Source of the DNA: the human T2T-CHM13v2.0 reference genome, Homo sapiens
DNA: 64,000 nucleotides
Assembly (NCBI RefSeq): GCF_009914755.1
Contig: NC_060947.1
Direction: 5' to 3' (one strand)
A program made the position numbers and the translations under genes. Of this stretch, positions 16,216 through 31,897 are shown piece after piece (the stretch's first letter is position 1; every line of letters starts with the position of its first letter). Below the pieces are notes generated by a model, which was not told the origin of the DNA, did not search any database, and was given only the letters and a program-made list of their open reading frames with translations.

Positions 16216-17199
16216 AAAGTTATCATAGACATGGTGATTTTTAAAAATTCACTATCAGTGAAATTTTTTAAGGTAATCTGCCACTGCACTTCCCCTATGT
16301 CAGTGGTTATGAAAATTTTCCACTTAACACCTTTTACTTGAGAGAATAACAGCTTTAATAAGCAGCCTTGAAACACTGAAGCTTTTAGTTAGTCCGAATT
16401 TAACCACTATGCAAAATGTGGCTTATGTGATGATTAAGAAATGATAACATCCTTGGCAGATGAGGTAAGTTATATTTAAGCTACATTTTTTCTTCAAAAA
16501 GTCCTTTTTCTATGGCTCAACATGGGAATAAAAGGGATTCTCATCTCACGTGACCATTTCCCAGTAATGAGATAGCTCTTGGAATAATTTAACTGACCAG
16601 GAGAGCCAATCCAGAGAGCCCTTAATCAGTAATGACAAATTGAAGCACCTTAAAAGTAAAAGAAGTTGTGTTTTCCAACGCTTGCCATTTTAGATTTTAG
16701 CCATGCCCTAGAGTTATAAAACTGCTTCCTCATCAATCCATTCTCCATGCCACTAACATTACTTATTTTGGCTGAGCATTCAAGAGTAGAAATTTTAAAC
16801 TAAATGATAGAAGAACTACAGCTCCTAGACAGCATACATTACGCCATGGCAGTATTGAAAATCTGCAGGCCCTCACACTCAGATTGAAAGTTTTCCCTCT
16901 CATTTTCCCCTTCTCACTAATCCTCTTTTTTTCTCAGTTTCCTCCCTACCTTAAGCAGTTGATATGCTGTATAAAACTTGTGGATGAAGTAAATCTTATG
17001 AGAAAAAGTATATTTTAAGTGCACTTAACAAAAATTACTTTTTGTGATGAATTCTATATAAAGAAATAAATTATTCTTTGTAAACAAACATTCCCCAAAT
17101 ATCTGTTAACAAATTTTTCAAGCTCTTGTCTCATCATTTTAAAGCAGAATATCTCTACACTTTCACTTAACACATCACTTTAAATACTTTCGTTTTGTT

Positions 17200-18560
17200 T
17201 ACTTCAACAAAGGGAAACTAACAGCCATGAGATTGGTGAAGGATCTGGGGCTATCAAGAGCAGTAGATGGCTACTAGTAGTAGGGCAGAAAAATAATGGA
17301 GAGATCCATTATCTAGAACCCAGGAAGATCTGTGGTTATAGGAAAAAGACACCCTGTGCCCTTGGATACAGGAATACAGCCACTTCCCTTCCACTGGTCA
17401 AACTGAACCCTAAATTGACAATGTCAATAGAGGTCAGACTCCTAAAGCACAGAGCAGGACAGCAGGGTAGAAAAGCATGGAGATAGAACTTGTAAGGCTG
17501 TAAAAAGAGCACTGGGCACAGTGGCAGGTATACGTAACATATAGGAAATAGGAGAGTTGAGGGAACATTCACTTACTGAATGCTGAGACCATTAATCCCT
17601 TCCCCACAGTCACAGTAGCCAGGCTTCAATACTCGAGGCAGGAGATTGGATGGTTCATCTCTAGGGGATGAAAAAGAAATGAAAAACTAGATTAAATATT
17701 GGAAGACAAAATTGAGAAAAAAATAATGTAAAGCAAAAAGACAAAGAAATGAAAAATTAGAGGATAAGAAAAGTGAGAAGGAAGCCAACAGTTCCAACAT
17801 AAATAAACAGTTATAGAGTCCCAGAACATGAAGGGTGATAATGAAGGAGAAGAAATCATCAAAAAATAAAATTCAGCAAAACTTTCCAGATGGATTTCCA
17901 GATTGGAAAGACTTGCCAACTATGCAGCACAATAGATGAAATCAGGCCCTCACCAAGGGAACTTTACCATAGAATTTAAGAGCACGGAGACAAAATGAAG
18001 ATACCGTGAGCTTCCAGAGAGGGAGAAAAAACAGGTCATATACAAAGGATCAGAAATGAGACTATTTTTGACTTTTTAACAGCAAAGTAAGAAGCCTGTA
18101 GGCAATGGAGCAATACCACCAAACTTTTGAAGGAACACAATACCCAACCTATAATTCTACACTTAGCCAAGTTACCAATTAGAAGACTTTTTCAGATATG
18201 CAAAAACTCAAAATTTTATCTCCTAGCATCTCTTTCTCATTTGGTTACTGAAAAATGTGTTATATCAAAATGAAGGGTGTAAACCAGAATAGAGGAGGAA
18301 GTCGAATACAGAAAACATAAAACTCAGAGACAAAGATATCCCAGAATGACCCATATGCACCATGCAGAGAAAATAACCAGTCCAATTCAGAGAGATTTCT
18401 TCAGAAAAAAATAAAATACCTGATGCATTAGGGAGAATTTAGATAATTAATTAGGGAGAGAAGTTGAGTTAGTGATAAGTTGAGTTAGTGATAATTATAC
18501 TTTATGTTATAGGGTAACTATAACATAAGGCAATTATTAGTATCAGAAAAAAATATTTTG
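17200..18560 (+). mobile_element. Old L1M(E) ORF1-region fragment
   Basis: ORF1-like motifs (CAACCTATAATTCTACACTTAGCCAAG, AGGCAATGGAGCAATACC). Confidence 0.55.
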
Positions 18561-18571
18561 CAAAAAACAGC

Positions 18572-19010
<439 letters not shown>

Positions 19011-22000
19011 TTACACAGTTACACTAATGTAAATATTGAAGATTGAAGATTTCATTAACTTACAAGAGGAAGTCTGAATATGTGAGGATAGAGGAAAAAA
19101 GAGAACGGAATTGTCATTTTTCTTTCTGGAATGTCAATCAATAATATTTATACCCAGAAAATCAAGAAGTAGAAATAAAAGCATGTTATTTAGGGAAATA
19201 GAGATAAATACTCAAAGATATAGCTAAATGATCATTGTAGTTTTCTGTATAATTTGTACAGAAATAATAAGCGGACATATTTTTCTGCATTCAAAATTTA
19301 ATGAAAATTTTAAATTAAATTTAAAATATGAAGATAAATTTCAAAATTTTAAAGATAAATAATATAGGATATTTCTTTCACTTCTGAGGTATGATAGTTC
19401 ACAAATTACAGCATGCAATTCTTGTCTTTCTTTACATGATTGTTTTTAATATATTCAGTTGCAAAGGGATATGTTTGCTTTCTAATTATTTCATAAAGCA
19501 TGATTAAACCAAATGTTAGCGTTGAAGTAAATGACTCATCTTATTCTTTTGTCCACTAAAACATGAATAAAGAACCTAGATGCATCTTTGAAAATTTCTA
19601 CAATTTCTAACATTGATTAATCTTTGTACCATATTTAGATTATTATGACTTGAAATTCTTCTTGAAAGTTGGCATTACCGTTAATGAAATACTGGAAGTT
19701 TTAAATAATGGAAACTCCTTGCTATATAATAGATGAAAATTGTAAGTCTTTTTTCCTAAGACTGACTTTCTTTGTCAAGACTTTGATGAACAGTTTCTAA
19801 TAATGACATTTTCCCAGGACAATTTGAAAATTATACTTTAGAATTCTTAATTAAGTTCTGTTGCTTCAACATGCCAACACTATAGCACATCAACAATGTG
19901 AATTTTCTCCTCCACTTTGCATAATGCCTCTTAAAATCTATGATAGGAAAAATTTATCTTACTCATTTCATCAATCTCCTAACTAGAAAAAAAAATAAAG
20001 AGGATATGGCTTCATAGTGTGCTTAGAGAGCGGACAGAAACTGAGAAGTATGCTAAGAAAATACAAAGATTTACTTAAAATTCGTTTGCATAGTAATGTG
20101 AAAATATATGTCCATGACTATTTAAGTCATGAAAAAATGAATAGGAGAATTGAAGTGAAAAAACATAATTATCAATTCCAAATCAAAACATGAAAAAATA
20201 ATATCAAGCTCTTTAATTCACATTTTATATGTATTAGTTTATATAATCCTAAAAACAAGCCTATAAAATGAACACTATTACTATAGTAACCTATTTTACA
20301 AATAATGAAACCGAGACATGAAAGTGAAGAAATTTACCTTGCTAGAAAGTTGTAAATACGGAAAGTAAAAGTAAACCCAAACATCTTTGAGCAGAAACTA
20401 TCCTTTAAGTCACTATTCTAAAACAATTTATATTTAACTTTTAGCTAATTACGGTTTTCCAACAGATTCTATTTGCGTAGTAAAAATATAAGAACAGTTT
20501 ATCTTTCTCCTCATTCATTTTCAACTTCAATGCTGTTATGCATTTTCTCCAGTGTTCGTGATCCAGTCCTAATCTAGCTTTAAGAAAAAAAAAAGCAATC
20601 AACTGGAGCCAAGATGGCCAACTAGATGCAACCAGGAAAAGCTTTGACCAACAAGAGAGACCAGACCATCAAGTAGACCAGGATATTCTGAACAGATTTT
20701 TAGAAAGAAGGCATTTTAGAAAGAAGACATACAACAAATGCAAACCCTGGATGATAGGTGAGGAGGCTGGGAACCCTGTAGGGGGTTGCCAAGCACCAGG
20801 ACTTGTTCCTGGCCCTGAGAAGCTCCTAGGAAAAGGGTGAGTGAAATGGGTGTGGAGTGACCCACTTTCACCATGGACCTCCATGATCCTAGCTATGGGA
20901 GACCCCACAATTCCCAGGCACATTTGAGCTGGCAGTGAGAACTGCCTAGCAAGTTGGCAGAGACAGAACTCCAGCCTGTGTGGAGCCCAGAGGGTTTGGC
21001 ATGAGACTGGCTGCAGTGGAGCATGACCATGGGCATCCATCCCCCAAGACTCGCCATACTCCTCTAGGTGACTTTAGGCTTTGTTATTAATAGCTGCCAG
21101 ACCTGGGCAGAGCAAGGCTGTCTTGCCCTTGAGAAAGAAACAGCCTGATCTGAAAACCCCCTGTCTTCTGGCCTCTCCCAGGATTCCTGCCTGGCTGAAG
21201 CCACTTGCAGCACAACCACTGCCATAGCTCTTTCACCAGCATACCCCACCTAATCATTGGAGTGCTTCTGCAAATGGACATCCACCAGCAGACACCAATC
21301 CACAGCCTTCCCCAACCAGTGTGCAATCACCTGCAACCTCCCCCCGCTGCCCTGCCAGCACACACGTGTGTGCAGACCTGCCACCACCTTGCCAGCACAG
21401 ATGTGCACGGGAGCCCACCACTGCACCACCGGAGTGCTTTTCCCAGAAGCCCCATCAGAGTGTTGTTGCTAGCAGACTTGGAACACTCTAACCTCTCCAG
21501 CATATCAGGTGCTTAACCTCAAAAGGCCAGAGAATAAAGCTGTGGGTTTGGTACCAGCCTCCCGAGTTTATAGCATGTAGCCCAGCAGTGCTGAGTTGAG
21601 TCTTGGCCTCCTGAAACCATCCAGAAATGAAGCCAATTGACTAAGCCCAACTTACACTGCAATCAAACCCTCAAGGACCTCAAGGAATACAAAAGCAAAA
21701 AGGCTCATCCAAAAGACAGCAACATCCAAGATTAAAGGAACATCAGCCCACACAGATGAACAAAACTTCCAAGAAATATGGTATTATTTAAAGAGATCAA
21801 ACCTACAAGTCACTGGCATTCCTAAAAGAGATGGAGAGATAGAAAGACATTTGGAAAACTTATTTGAGGATATTGTCCACAAAAATTTTCCTAACCTTGC
21901 TAGAGAAGTCAACATGCAAATTCAGAAAATTGAGAACCCTTGCAAGATACTGTACAAGATGACCATCCCCAGACACATAGTCAGCAGATTCTCAAAAGTC

Positions 22001-22139
22001 AACATGAAGGAAAAAAATCTTAAAAGCAGCCAGAGAGAACGGACAGGTCACATAAAAAGAGAATGTCATTAACAGTTGACCTTTCAGCAGAAACCTTATA
22101 ATCCAGAAGGGATTGGGGGCCTATATTCAGCATCCTTAA

Positions 22140-22658
22140 CCTTTTTACCATTTAGAAAAAAAAAAAAAAAAAAAAAAAAAGTGCAGCTCACTGCCAATGC
22201 TCATTTAATTTTATATAAACACACTCTTTGAGGCTGAAGAAAATCTGACTGATTTTCAATGTGAAAATAAAATATAAAAACTGTTCTTGGAGTTATTTCT
22301 AAATAGAACTAAGACCAGAATTGTTTGAATCTTTAGAATCATCTATTTCAGGAAAATCAGATTCATCAAATTAATCTATGGCCAATAACTATTTGAGAAC
22401 AATGTTAACATCATACATAGGATTCCTACATTTTCTAAAATGTGACATTCTCAGTGATCAAGAATTACTATACTTTGTAAATGGAAATACCACTACTATA
22501 AACAGAATGCTATAAATATAATAATGTCTTTTGTTTCTAAGTTGATATACTGGAGCAATGCAAAAATAATAATAAAAATGAGATATTTTGTGGTAAATTT
22601 ATCTCAGAGTAAATGCTGCAGCTGCCAGCAAGTATTCCTGGGGTATATGGGAAAAGGG
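22140..22658 (-). mobile_element. MER75 (piggyBac-family MITE) in L1 ORF1
   Basis: TTAA duplicated at 22136-22139 and 22659-22662; terminal CCTTTTTACC.../GGGAAAAGGG. The L1 flanks rejoin as CATCCTTAAAGACAAGAAATTCC. Confidence 0.88.
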
Positions 22659-23046
22659 TTAAAGACAAGAAATTCCAACCAAGAATTTTATATCCAGCCA
22701 AACTAAGCTTCATAAGTGAAGGAGAAATAAAAATCCTTTTCACACAAGCAAATGCTAAGGGAATTTGTTTCCACCAGACCTGTCTTACAAGAGGTTCTTA
22801 AGATAGTGCTAAACATGGAAATGAAAGACTGGTACCTGCCACCATAAAAACACACTTAAGTACATAGCTCACTGACATTATAAAGCAACTATACAATCAA
22901 CTCTACATAACAGACAGCTAACAACATGATGACAGGATCAAATACTCACATATCAATATTAACCTTGAATGTAAATGGGCCAAACACCCCCACTTAAAAG
23001 ATACAGAGTGGCAAGTAGGATAAAAAAGCAAGACTCAACTATAGGT

Positions 23047-23624
23047 TTTATTAGTCAGAGTTCTTCAGAGGGACAGAACCAATAGGATATATGTATATAT
23101 AAAAGGGAGTTTATTAAGGAGAATTGGCTCACATGATTACAAGGCAAAGTCCTGCGATAGGGGAAAAGAAAGAAGCCATCAGTGGCTAATTCGGGTTCGA
23201 AAGCCTAAAAACCAGGGAAGCCAACAGTGTAGCCTTCGGCCTATGCCCAAAAGCCCAAAAGTACCTGGGAAGCTGCTGGTACAACTCCCAGAGTCTAAAG
23301 GCTGAAGAACTTACATTCTGATGTCCAAGGGCAGGAGGAGGAAGAATGGAATCAAGCATCCAGCATGGGAAGAGGAAAGAGAGCCAGAAGACTCAGTAAG
23401 TAAACTTATCCCACCTTCTTCTACCTGCTTTGTTCAAGCTGCCCTGGCAGCTGAATGGACGGTGCCCACCCACAGTGAGGGTGGGTTTTCCTCTCCTAGT
23501 CCACTGAATCAAATGTCAGTCTCCTCTAGCTATACCGTCACAAACACATGCGGAAACAATACTTTACAAGCCATCTAGGCATCCTTCAATCCAATCAAGT
23601 TGACACCTAATATTAACCATCACA
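23047..23624 (-). mobile_element. MLT2A-type (ERVL) solo LTR in L1 ORF2
   Basis: TATTAGTCAGAGTTCTTCAGAGGGACAGAAC...CAATCAAGTTGACACCTAATATTAACCATCACA. Confidence 0.85.
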
Positions 23625-24413
23625 ATTGTCTTCAAGAGATCCACGTCACATCCAATGACACCCATAGGCTCAAAGTAAAGGGATGGAGAAAGATCTATCA
23701 ACGAAATGGAAAACAAAAAAGATCAGGGGTTGCTATTCTTATTTCAGACAAAACACACTTTAAACCAACAACAATCAAAAATGACAAAAAAAGGCATTAC
23801 ATGACGATAAAGGGTTCAATTCAACAAGAAGACTTAACTATCCTAAAGATATATGCACCCAACACTGGAGCATCCAGATTCATAAAACAAGTTCTTAGAG
23901 ACCCACAAAGAGACTTAGATGACAACACAATAATAGTGGAACACTACAATATCCCGCTGACAGTGTTAGACAGATTATCCAGGCAGAAAACTAACAAAGA
24001 TATTCGGGACCTAGACTCAATATTTGACCAAACTGACCTAACAGACATCTACAGAACACTCCACCCAACAACAACAGAATATACATTCTTCTCATCTGCA
24101 CATGGCACAGACTCTATGATTGACCATATGCTCAGCCATAAAGCAATTCTCAACAATTTCAAAACACTGAAATCACATCAACCATACTACTGGACCACAG
24201 CACAATTAAAATAGAACTCAATTCCAAGAAGAACTCTCAAAATCACATAATTACATGAAAATTAAGCAAAATTCAGCATCCTTAACCTTTTCCCATTTAG
24301 AAAAAAAAGTGCAGCTCGCTGTCAATGCTCATTTAATTTTATATAAACACACTCTTTGAGGCTGAAGAGCCTGATTTTCAATGTGAAAATAAAATATAAT
24401 AAATGATTTTTGG

Positions 24414-24720
24414 GGCCAGGTGCGGTGGCTCACGCCTGTAATCCCAGCACTTTGGGAGGCCGAGGTGGGCGGATCACAAGGTCAGGAGATCGAGACCATC
24501 CTGGCTAACATGGTGAAACACTGTCTCTACTAAAAATACAAAAAATTAGCCAGATGTGGTGGCGGGCGCCTGTAGTCCCAGCTACTCAGGAGGCTGAGGC
24601 AGGAGAATGGCGTGAACCCAGGAGGCAGAGCTTGCAGTAAGCCGAGATAGCACCACTGCATTCCAGCCTGGGTGACAGAGTGAGACTCTGTCTCAAGAAA
24701 AATAAAAATAAAAATAAATA
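24414..24720 (+). mobile_element. AluY/Sc in L1
   Basis: Dimeric Alu; degenerate TSD AATAAATGA(T/C)TTTT. Confidence 0.9.
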
Positions 24721-26130
24721 AATGACTTTTAGATAAAGAATGAAATCAAAGCAGAAATTTTTAAAAATTCATTGAACCTACTGAAAACAAAGACACAATG
24801 TTCCAGAATCTCTGGGACACAGCAAAACCAGTATTAAGAGGAAAGTTTATGATGTTAAATGCCTACATTAAAAATTCAGAAAGATTTTAAATTAACAACC
24901 TAGCATCACACCTAGGGGAACAAGAAAAACAAGTGCAAACCAACCTCAAAGTTAACAGAAGGAAAGAAATAACCAAAATCAGAGCTGAACTGAAAGAAAT
25001 TGAGACAAGAAAATCCATGCAAAAGATCAACTAAACCAAAAGTTGGTTAGTTGAAAGAATAGATAAGATTGACAGACCAATACCTAGATTAATAAAGAAG
25101 AAAAGAGAGAAGAGCCAAAAAATCCAATCAGAAATGAAAAAAAAGGACATTATCACTGATCCCACAGAAATACAAAAAAAACCCTCAGAGACTATTATGA
25201 ATACCTCTATGCACACAAACTAGAAAACCTGGAAGTAGATAAATTCATAAAAACACACAACCTCCAAAGATAGAACCAGCAGGAAATTTAAACCCTGAAC
25301 AGACCAATAATGAGTTCCATAATTGAATCAGTAATAAAAAACCTACCAACCAAAAAAAGCCCTCCATGATATATATTTACAGCTGAATTCTACCACATGT
25401 ACAAAGAGGACCTGGTACTAATCCTATTGAAACTATTCCAAAAAACAGAGGAAGAAGGACTCCTTCCTAACTCATTCTATGAGGACAGCATCATTCTGAT
25501 ACCAAAACCTGGAAGATACACAACAAAAAAAGAAAACATCAGGTCAACATCCTTGATGAGCACAGATGCGAAAATCCTCAACAAAATACTGGCAAAACCA
25601 ACCTAGCAGCACATCAGAAAACTAATTCACCACGATCAAATAGGCTTTATTCCAGGGAGGCAAGGTTGGCTCAACACATAAAAATCAATAAATGTGAGCC
25701 ATCACATAAATAGAAAAACAACAACAACAAAAAAAACCCACATGCTCATCTCAATAGATGCAGGAAAGACTTCAATAAAATTCAACATCCCTTCATGTTA
25801 AAAACCCTCAACAAACTAGGCATCAATGGAACATACTGCAAAATAATGAGCCACCTATGACAAACTCACAGCCAACATCACAATGAATGGGCAAAAGCTG
25901 GAAGCATTCCCCCGAGAACCATAACAAGACAAGGAGGTCCACTCTCACCACTCCTATTCAAGATAGTACTGGAAGAACTAGCCACAGCAATCAGGAAATA
26001 GAAGGAAAACTCATCAAAATAAGAGAGAGGAAGTCAATCTATCGCTGTTTGCAGATGATATGATTCCATACCTAGAAAACCCCTTTTTCTCTGCCCAAAG
26101 GCTCCTAGAACTGATAAACAACTGCAGTAA

Positions 26131-26325
<195 letters not shown>

Positions 26326-28114
26326 TAGCATTTCTACATAGCAATAACATCCAAGCTGAGAGCCAAATCAAGAATGCAATCCCATTCACAAAAGCCACAA
26401 AAGAATTAGAAGTACATTTAACCAGAGAGGTGAAAGATCTCTACTACAATGAGAATTACAAAATACTGCTGAAAGAAATCATAGATGACACAAACAAATG
26501 GAAACACATTCCATGCTCAAGGATTGGAAAAATCGATTTTGTTACAATGGACATACTGCCCAAAGCAATTTACAGATTCAATGCTATTCTTTTCAAACTA
26601 CCAACATCATTTTTCACAGAATTAGAAATAACTTTTCTAAAATTCATATGGAACCATAAAAGAGCCTGAATAGCCAAATCAATCCTATGCAAAAAGAACA
26701 AAGCTGGAGGCTTCACATTACCTGACTTCAAACTGTAAGGCTACAATAACCAAAACGGCATGATAATTGTACAACAATAGACACATAGACCAATGGAACA
26801 GGTTAGAGAACCCAGAAATAAAGCTTCACACCTACAACTATCTGACCTTTGACAAAGTCAACAAAAACAATGGGGAAAGGACTTCCTATTCAATAAAAGG
26901 TGCTGGGATAACTGGCTACCTGTATGCAAAAGATTGAAACTGGGCCTTTCACCACATACAAAAATCAACTCAAGATGGATTAAAGAGTTAAATGTAAGAC
27001 CTCAGACTAAAAATCTCTAGAAGAAAATCTAGGAAATACCATTCTGGACATACACCCTGGCAAAGATTTCATGACAAAGTCTCCAAAAACAATTGCAACA
27101 AAAACAAAAATTGACGAGTGGGACCTAATTAAAGAGCTTCTGCACAGCAAAAGAAACTATCAATGGAGTAAACAGACAATCTACAGAATGAGAGAAAATA
27201 TTTGCAAACTATGCATCTGACAAAGGTCTAATATCCAGCATCTATAAAAACTCAAACCAATTAACAACCAAAAAACCAACAACCCCATTAAAAAATGGGC
27301 AAGGGACATGAACGGATACTTCTCAAATGAAGACATATACATGTCTAACAAGCATATGAAAAAATGCTCAACATCACTAATCATTAGAGAAATACAAATG
27401 AAAACCACAATGAGATACCATCTCACACCAGGCAGAACGACTATCACTAAAAAGTTAAAAAACAGTAACAGATGCTGGCAAGGTTGCAGAGAAATGTGAA
27501 TGCTTATATACTGCTGGTGGGAATGTAAATTAGTTCAGCCACTGTGGAAAGCAGTTTGGTAATTTCTGAAAGAATTTTAAAAAGAACTACCATTCAACTT
27601 AGTAATCCCATTACTGGGCATAGACCCAAAGGAATATAAATCATTTTACCAAAAAGACACATGCATTCCTATGTTCATCATGGCACTATTCACAATAGCA
27701 AAGACATGGAATCCACCTAGATGCCCATAAACAGTCAGCTGGATAAGGAAAATGTGGTACATATACACCATGGAATACTACACAACCAGAAAAAGAACGA
27801 AATAATAACCTTTGCAGCAACATACATGCAGCTGGAGGCCATCATCCTAATTAACACAGGAAGAGAAAACCAAATAATGCATATTCTTACTTATAAGTAG
27901 GAGCTAAAAACTGAATACACATGGATACAAAGATGAAAACAATAGACACTACTGGGGCCCACTTGAGGGTAAACAGTGGGAGGAGGGTGAAGGTTGAAAA
28001 ACTACCTATTGGGTACTATGCTCACTACCTGGTGATAAAATTATTTGTAAACCAAACCCTAGTGATGTGTAATTTACCCATGTAACAAACCTGCATTTGT
28101 ATCTTCTGAACCTA

Positions 28115-28480
<366 letters not shown>

Positions 28481-29125
28481 AAAAAAATACCAAATCTGAA
28501 AATACTGTCAATTATAAGTCCTACCAAAATAGTAATTTCTGGTTTCCACTAAATATACTTCCTTTGTTTGACTCATCACTTGGAATTGTGGATGTTTTGA
28601 CTTATTTGGGGCATAAAGTGATTCCCTGGCCTTTTTAACCACACAGTATGCACAACCTTCCCTTGCTATTCTCTATCTTCTTCTTAAGGTTTATTTTTCT
28701 CCATAATACCTATCATAATCTGACATTACATTATATACTATATCCATTTGTTTATATCCTTTTGCTTCCAATATAAATTCCTTGAGGACAAGGAGTTTGT
28801 CTTGTTTTCCATTATAAACCTCATAGCCAGAACTGTGCCTACATATAATACATACTCAATTAATACTTGTTGAATGAATAAATTAACAAATTGTTTTTCA
28901 CTTGTAAAGAGATATCATCATGTATACTAAGGAGATACACTAAACATCGTAGCATTACATTACATATAATGCATCATAAATTGCATATAGTTAAATTCCT
29001 AGTGATCTTTAATTTGATATCTATTCAAAAGTCTTTATAATTGGCCTTTAAAAGTATTACTACTTTGAGTCTACTTATAATTTTGTCTCATTTCAATGTA
29101 ATAATGTCCTTAAGAAATATATTTC

Positions 29126-29260
29126 GGCAGCCGGGGGAGTCCGAGAGGAAGCGGAGGCGCGAGCTGGAGGCGGCGGCTCCCGTCGGCCTCCGGCAGGACT
29201 GAGCGCTGGGAAGCCGGAAGGCGGGCGCGCACGGCGGAGAGGCGGGCGGGAGGCCGGAGC
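29126..29260 (+). promoter_or_regulatory. CpG-rich, GC-box-containing 5'UTR carried in with the retrocopy
   Basis: About 20 CpGs in 135 bp and GGCGGGCGGG motifs in otherwise CpG-poor DNA. Promoter activity is only an inference. Confidence 0.4.
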
Positions 29261-29882
29261 ATATTAATGAAAAGTGCCATAAACTGAAAAACCAAACATG
29301 AGGGTAGCAGGTGCTGCAAAGTTGGTGGTAGCTGTGGCAGTGTTTTTACTGACATTTTATGTTATTTCTCAAGTATTTGAAATAAAAATGGATGCAAGTT
29401 TAGGAAATCTATTTGCAAGATCAGCATTGGACACAGCTGCACGTTCTACAAAGCCTCCCAGATATAAGTGTGGGATCTCAAAAGCTTGCCCTGAGAAGCA
29501 TTTTGCTTTTAAAATGGCAAGTGGAGCAGCCAACGTGGTGGGACCCAAAATCTGCCTGGAAGATAATGTTTTAATGAGTGGTGTTAAGAATAATGTTGGA
29601 AGAGGGATCAATGTTGCCTTGGCAAATGGAAAAACAGGAGAAGTATTAGACACTAAATATTTTGACATGTGGGGAGGAGATGTGGCACCATTTATTGAGT
29701 TTCTGAAGGCCATACAAGATGGAACAATAGTTTTAATGGGAACATACGATGATGGAGCAACCAAACTCAATGATGAGGCACGGCGGCTCATTGCTGATTT
29801 GGGGAGCACATCTATTACTAATCTTGGTTTTAGAGACAACTGGGTCTTCTGTGGTGGGAAGGGCATTAAGACAAAAAGCCCT

Positions 29883-30198
<316 letters not shown>

Positions 30199-30211
30199 GA
30201 CAAAAAGCCCT

Positions 30212-30310
30212 TTTGAACAGCACATAAAGAACAATAAGGATACAAACAAATATGAAGGATGGCCTGAAGTTGTAGAAATGGAAGGATGCATCCCCCAGAA
30301 GCAAGACTAA
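30212..30310 (+). pseudogene. Displaced FAM3C C-terminal coding segment (residues 196-227)
   Basis: TTT GAA CAG CAC...CAA GAC TAA translates to [32 protein letters not shown], with no stop or frameshift. Confidence 0.93.
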
Positions 30311-31891
30311 TGGAAATGTGGAGAGAATTGAAGAAAGCGCACTTTCACTCTTAATGGGAGAGCTATAAAAGGCAGAGCTATGTGTAAATATTTTAAGAGC
30401 ATGCAGCCATCTTGGTGTGTGCATGAGTATTGTCTCTTTTGATATCAGGATTATTTATTGCTAACGTAAATAGATAGCATTGTAAATAATCATCACAATG
30501 ATCAAATCACTGAACCATGTCTCCGCACATTTCCCTAAAAGTACAATGTTTAGACTGCTATGGTAATACATATTTTAAATTCTAAAAGCATACACAATGT
30601 GTAACTGAATGGTTTGTGAAAAATATATTGATATATATACTAGTTGCTGTGAAAATATCATGGAATAATAGGGATTTTAGGGTGGATACTTTATTTTCTT
30701 TTATATTTCTATATGTTGCCTTGTGATGACATTATCTTTTAAATTAAAAAGAGATTTGGCTAGTTGTGTGTGTAATGTTACTTTACAGTCCGACTCTCCT
30801 GATGTACCTCTTTTCATGATCTTTTTCTTTCCTTCCCAAGAAACTGAGGAATGTTTAATATGAAAACATACATCGGATATGTGAAAAGCACAACAAAATT
30901 CTTAATGTACACAGTAAAAAAGTAAATATATAAATGTAGATGGCATTTAGGACCACAGCTTGCTGGATTTGTGTTAGCTATGGGAATAACTTGATTTTGT
31001 ATAAGCTATTTAGAGTGAGGCTGGAGGTGGCAGCTTCACAGAACTGGAGAACCAGGCCAAGTCCCCTCCCCAACCTAATTAGGTCATTCAGGACAGCTAA
31101 GTCAGTATATTTAGAGCAATACTAGCATACGTTTTTCTTAGTTGTTATCAGCATTGACCAAGTGGTTTGGAAGGAGGCATGCTTTAATATCACAATAATT
31201 TTGATTTGTAAACCAAGAAATTAATCCTGTGTTTATCTAACTTCATAATAGCAATTATTGCCCGAAGCTATAGTGGCATATTTACAAAAGTTCTTATTAC
31301 TGGGTGGACTGATAATATTTAAAAAATAATTGTGTTTGACCCCAAATGACTTTATACCCAATTCTACATAAAAATATACAAGATCTATCTTTTTTTGTTA
31401 CCTTCAGATGTTCACTAAATAACTCAGTTTTTAAGCAGAAGTTTTCAGGGCATTAAATATATGTTGTGTATGAAGTATCTCAAACTGGAACATAAATTTA
31501 GTGATCAAACTGCCATTCACAGTGTAAGGCAGCACTTAAATTTCGAACCTAAGGTTTAGATGCATTGTATAAAAAAACCTAAAAGCAGTATCTGTTATTT
31601 AGCTGTAAACCAAGTTGGAAGCTATTCGGATAATTTCTTAAATATTGATGAACTTTGGAGTACTGTTTCTTCCTTCAAACTGAATGTAATTAATTCATGA
31701 ATAAATGCACCTTATATGTTTAAACAATCTTTGTATACTTTTGGGATTTTTGGTGCTTATATGCTAAATCACATTCAGCATGTGTATTTTGACATTTAAA
31801 ATACTTCCCTCAATTCTGTAAATTAAAAGAATAGTTATTTTACAGTTCCAGGGATTGTGAAATAAACGTTGCAGTTTTTTAAAATAATGAA

Positions 31892-31897
31892 AATAAA
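31892..31897 (+). terminator. Polyadenylation signal of the FAM3C retrocopy
   Basis: AATAAA 21 nt upstream of the encoded poly-A; a second AATAAA lies at 31861. Confidence 0.8.

Noticed and set aside
16389-16470. Possible plus-strand exon ending at GAG|GTAAGT
   Set aside because: Weak acceptor, no partner exons, and such motifs occur by chance.
22156-22180. A25 run as the tail of another retrocopy
   Set aside because: It is an expanded internal A-tract of MER75; the duplicate has A8.
23600-24214. 204-aa L1 endonuclease-like ORF as a domesticated gene
   Set aside because: The N-terminus is cut off by the LTR, the start is non-ATG and the motifs are degenerate (GDFN reads EHYN; SDH is absent).
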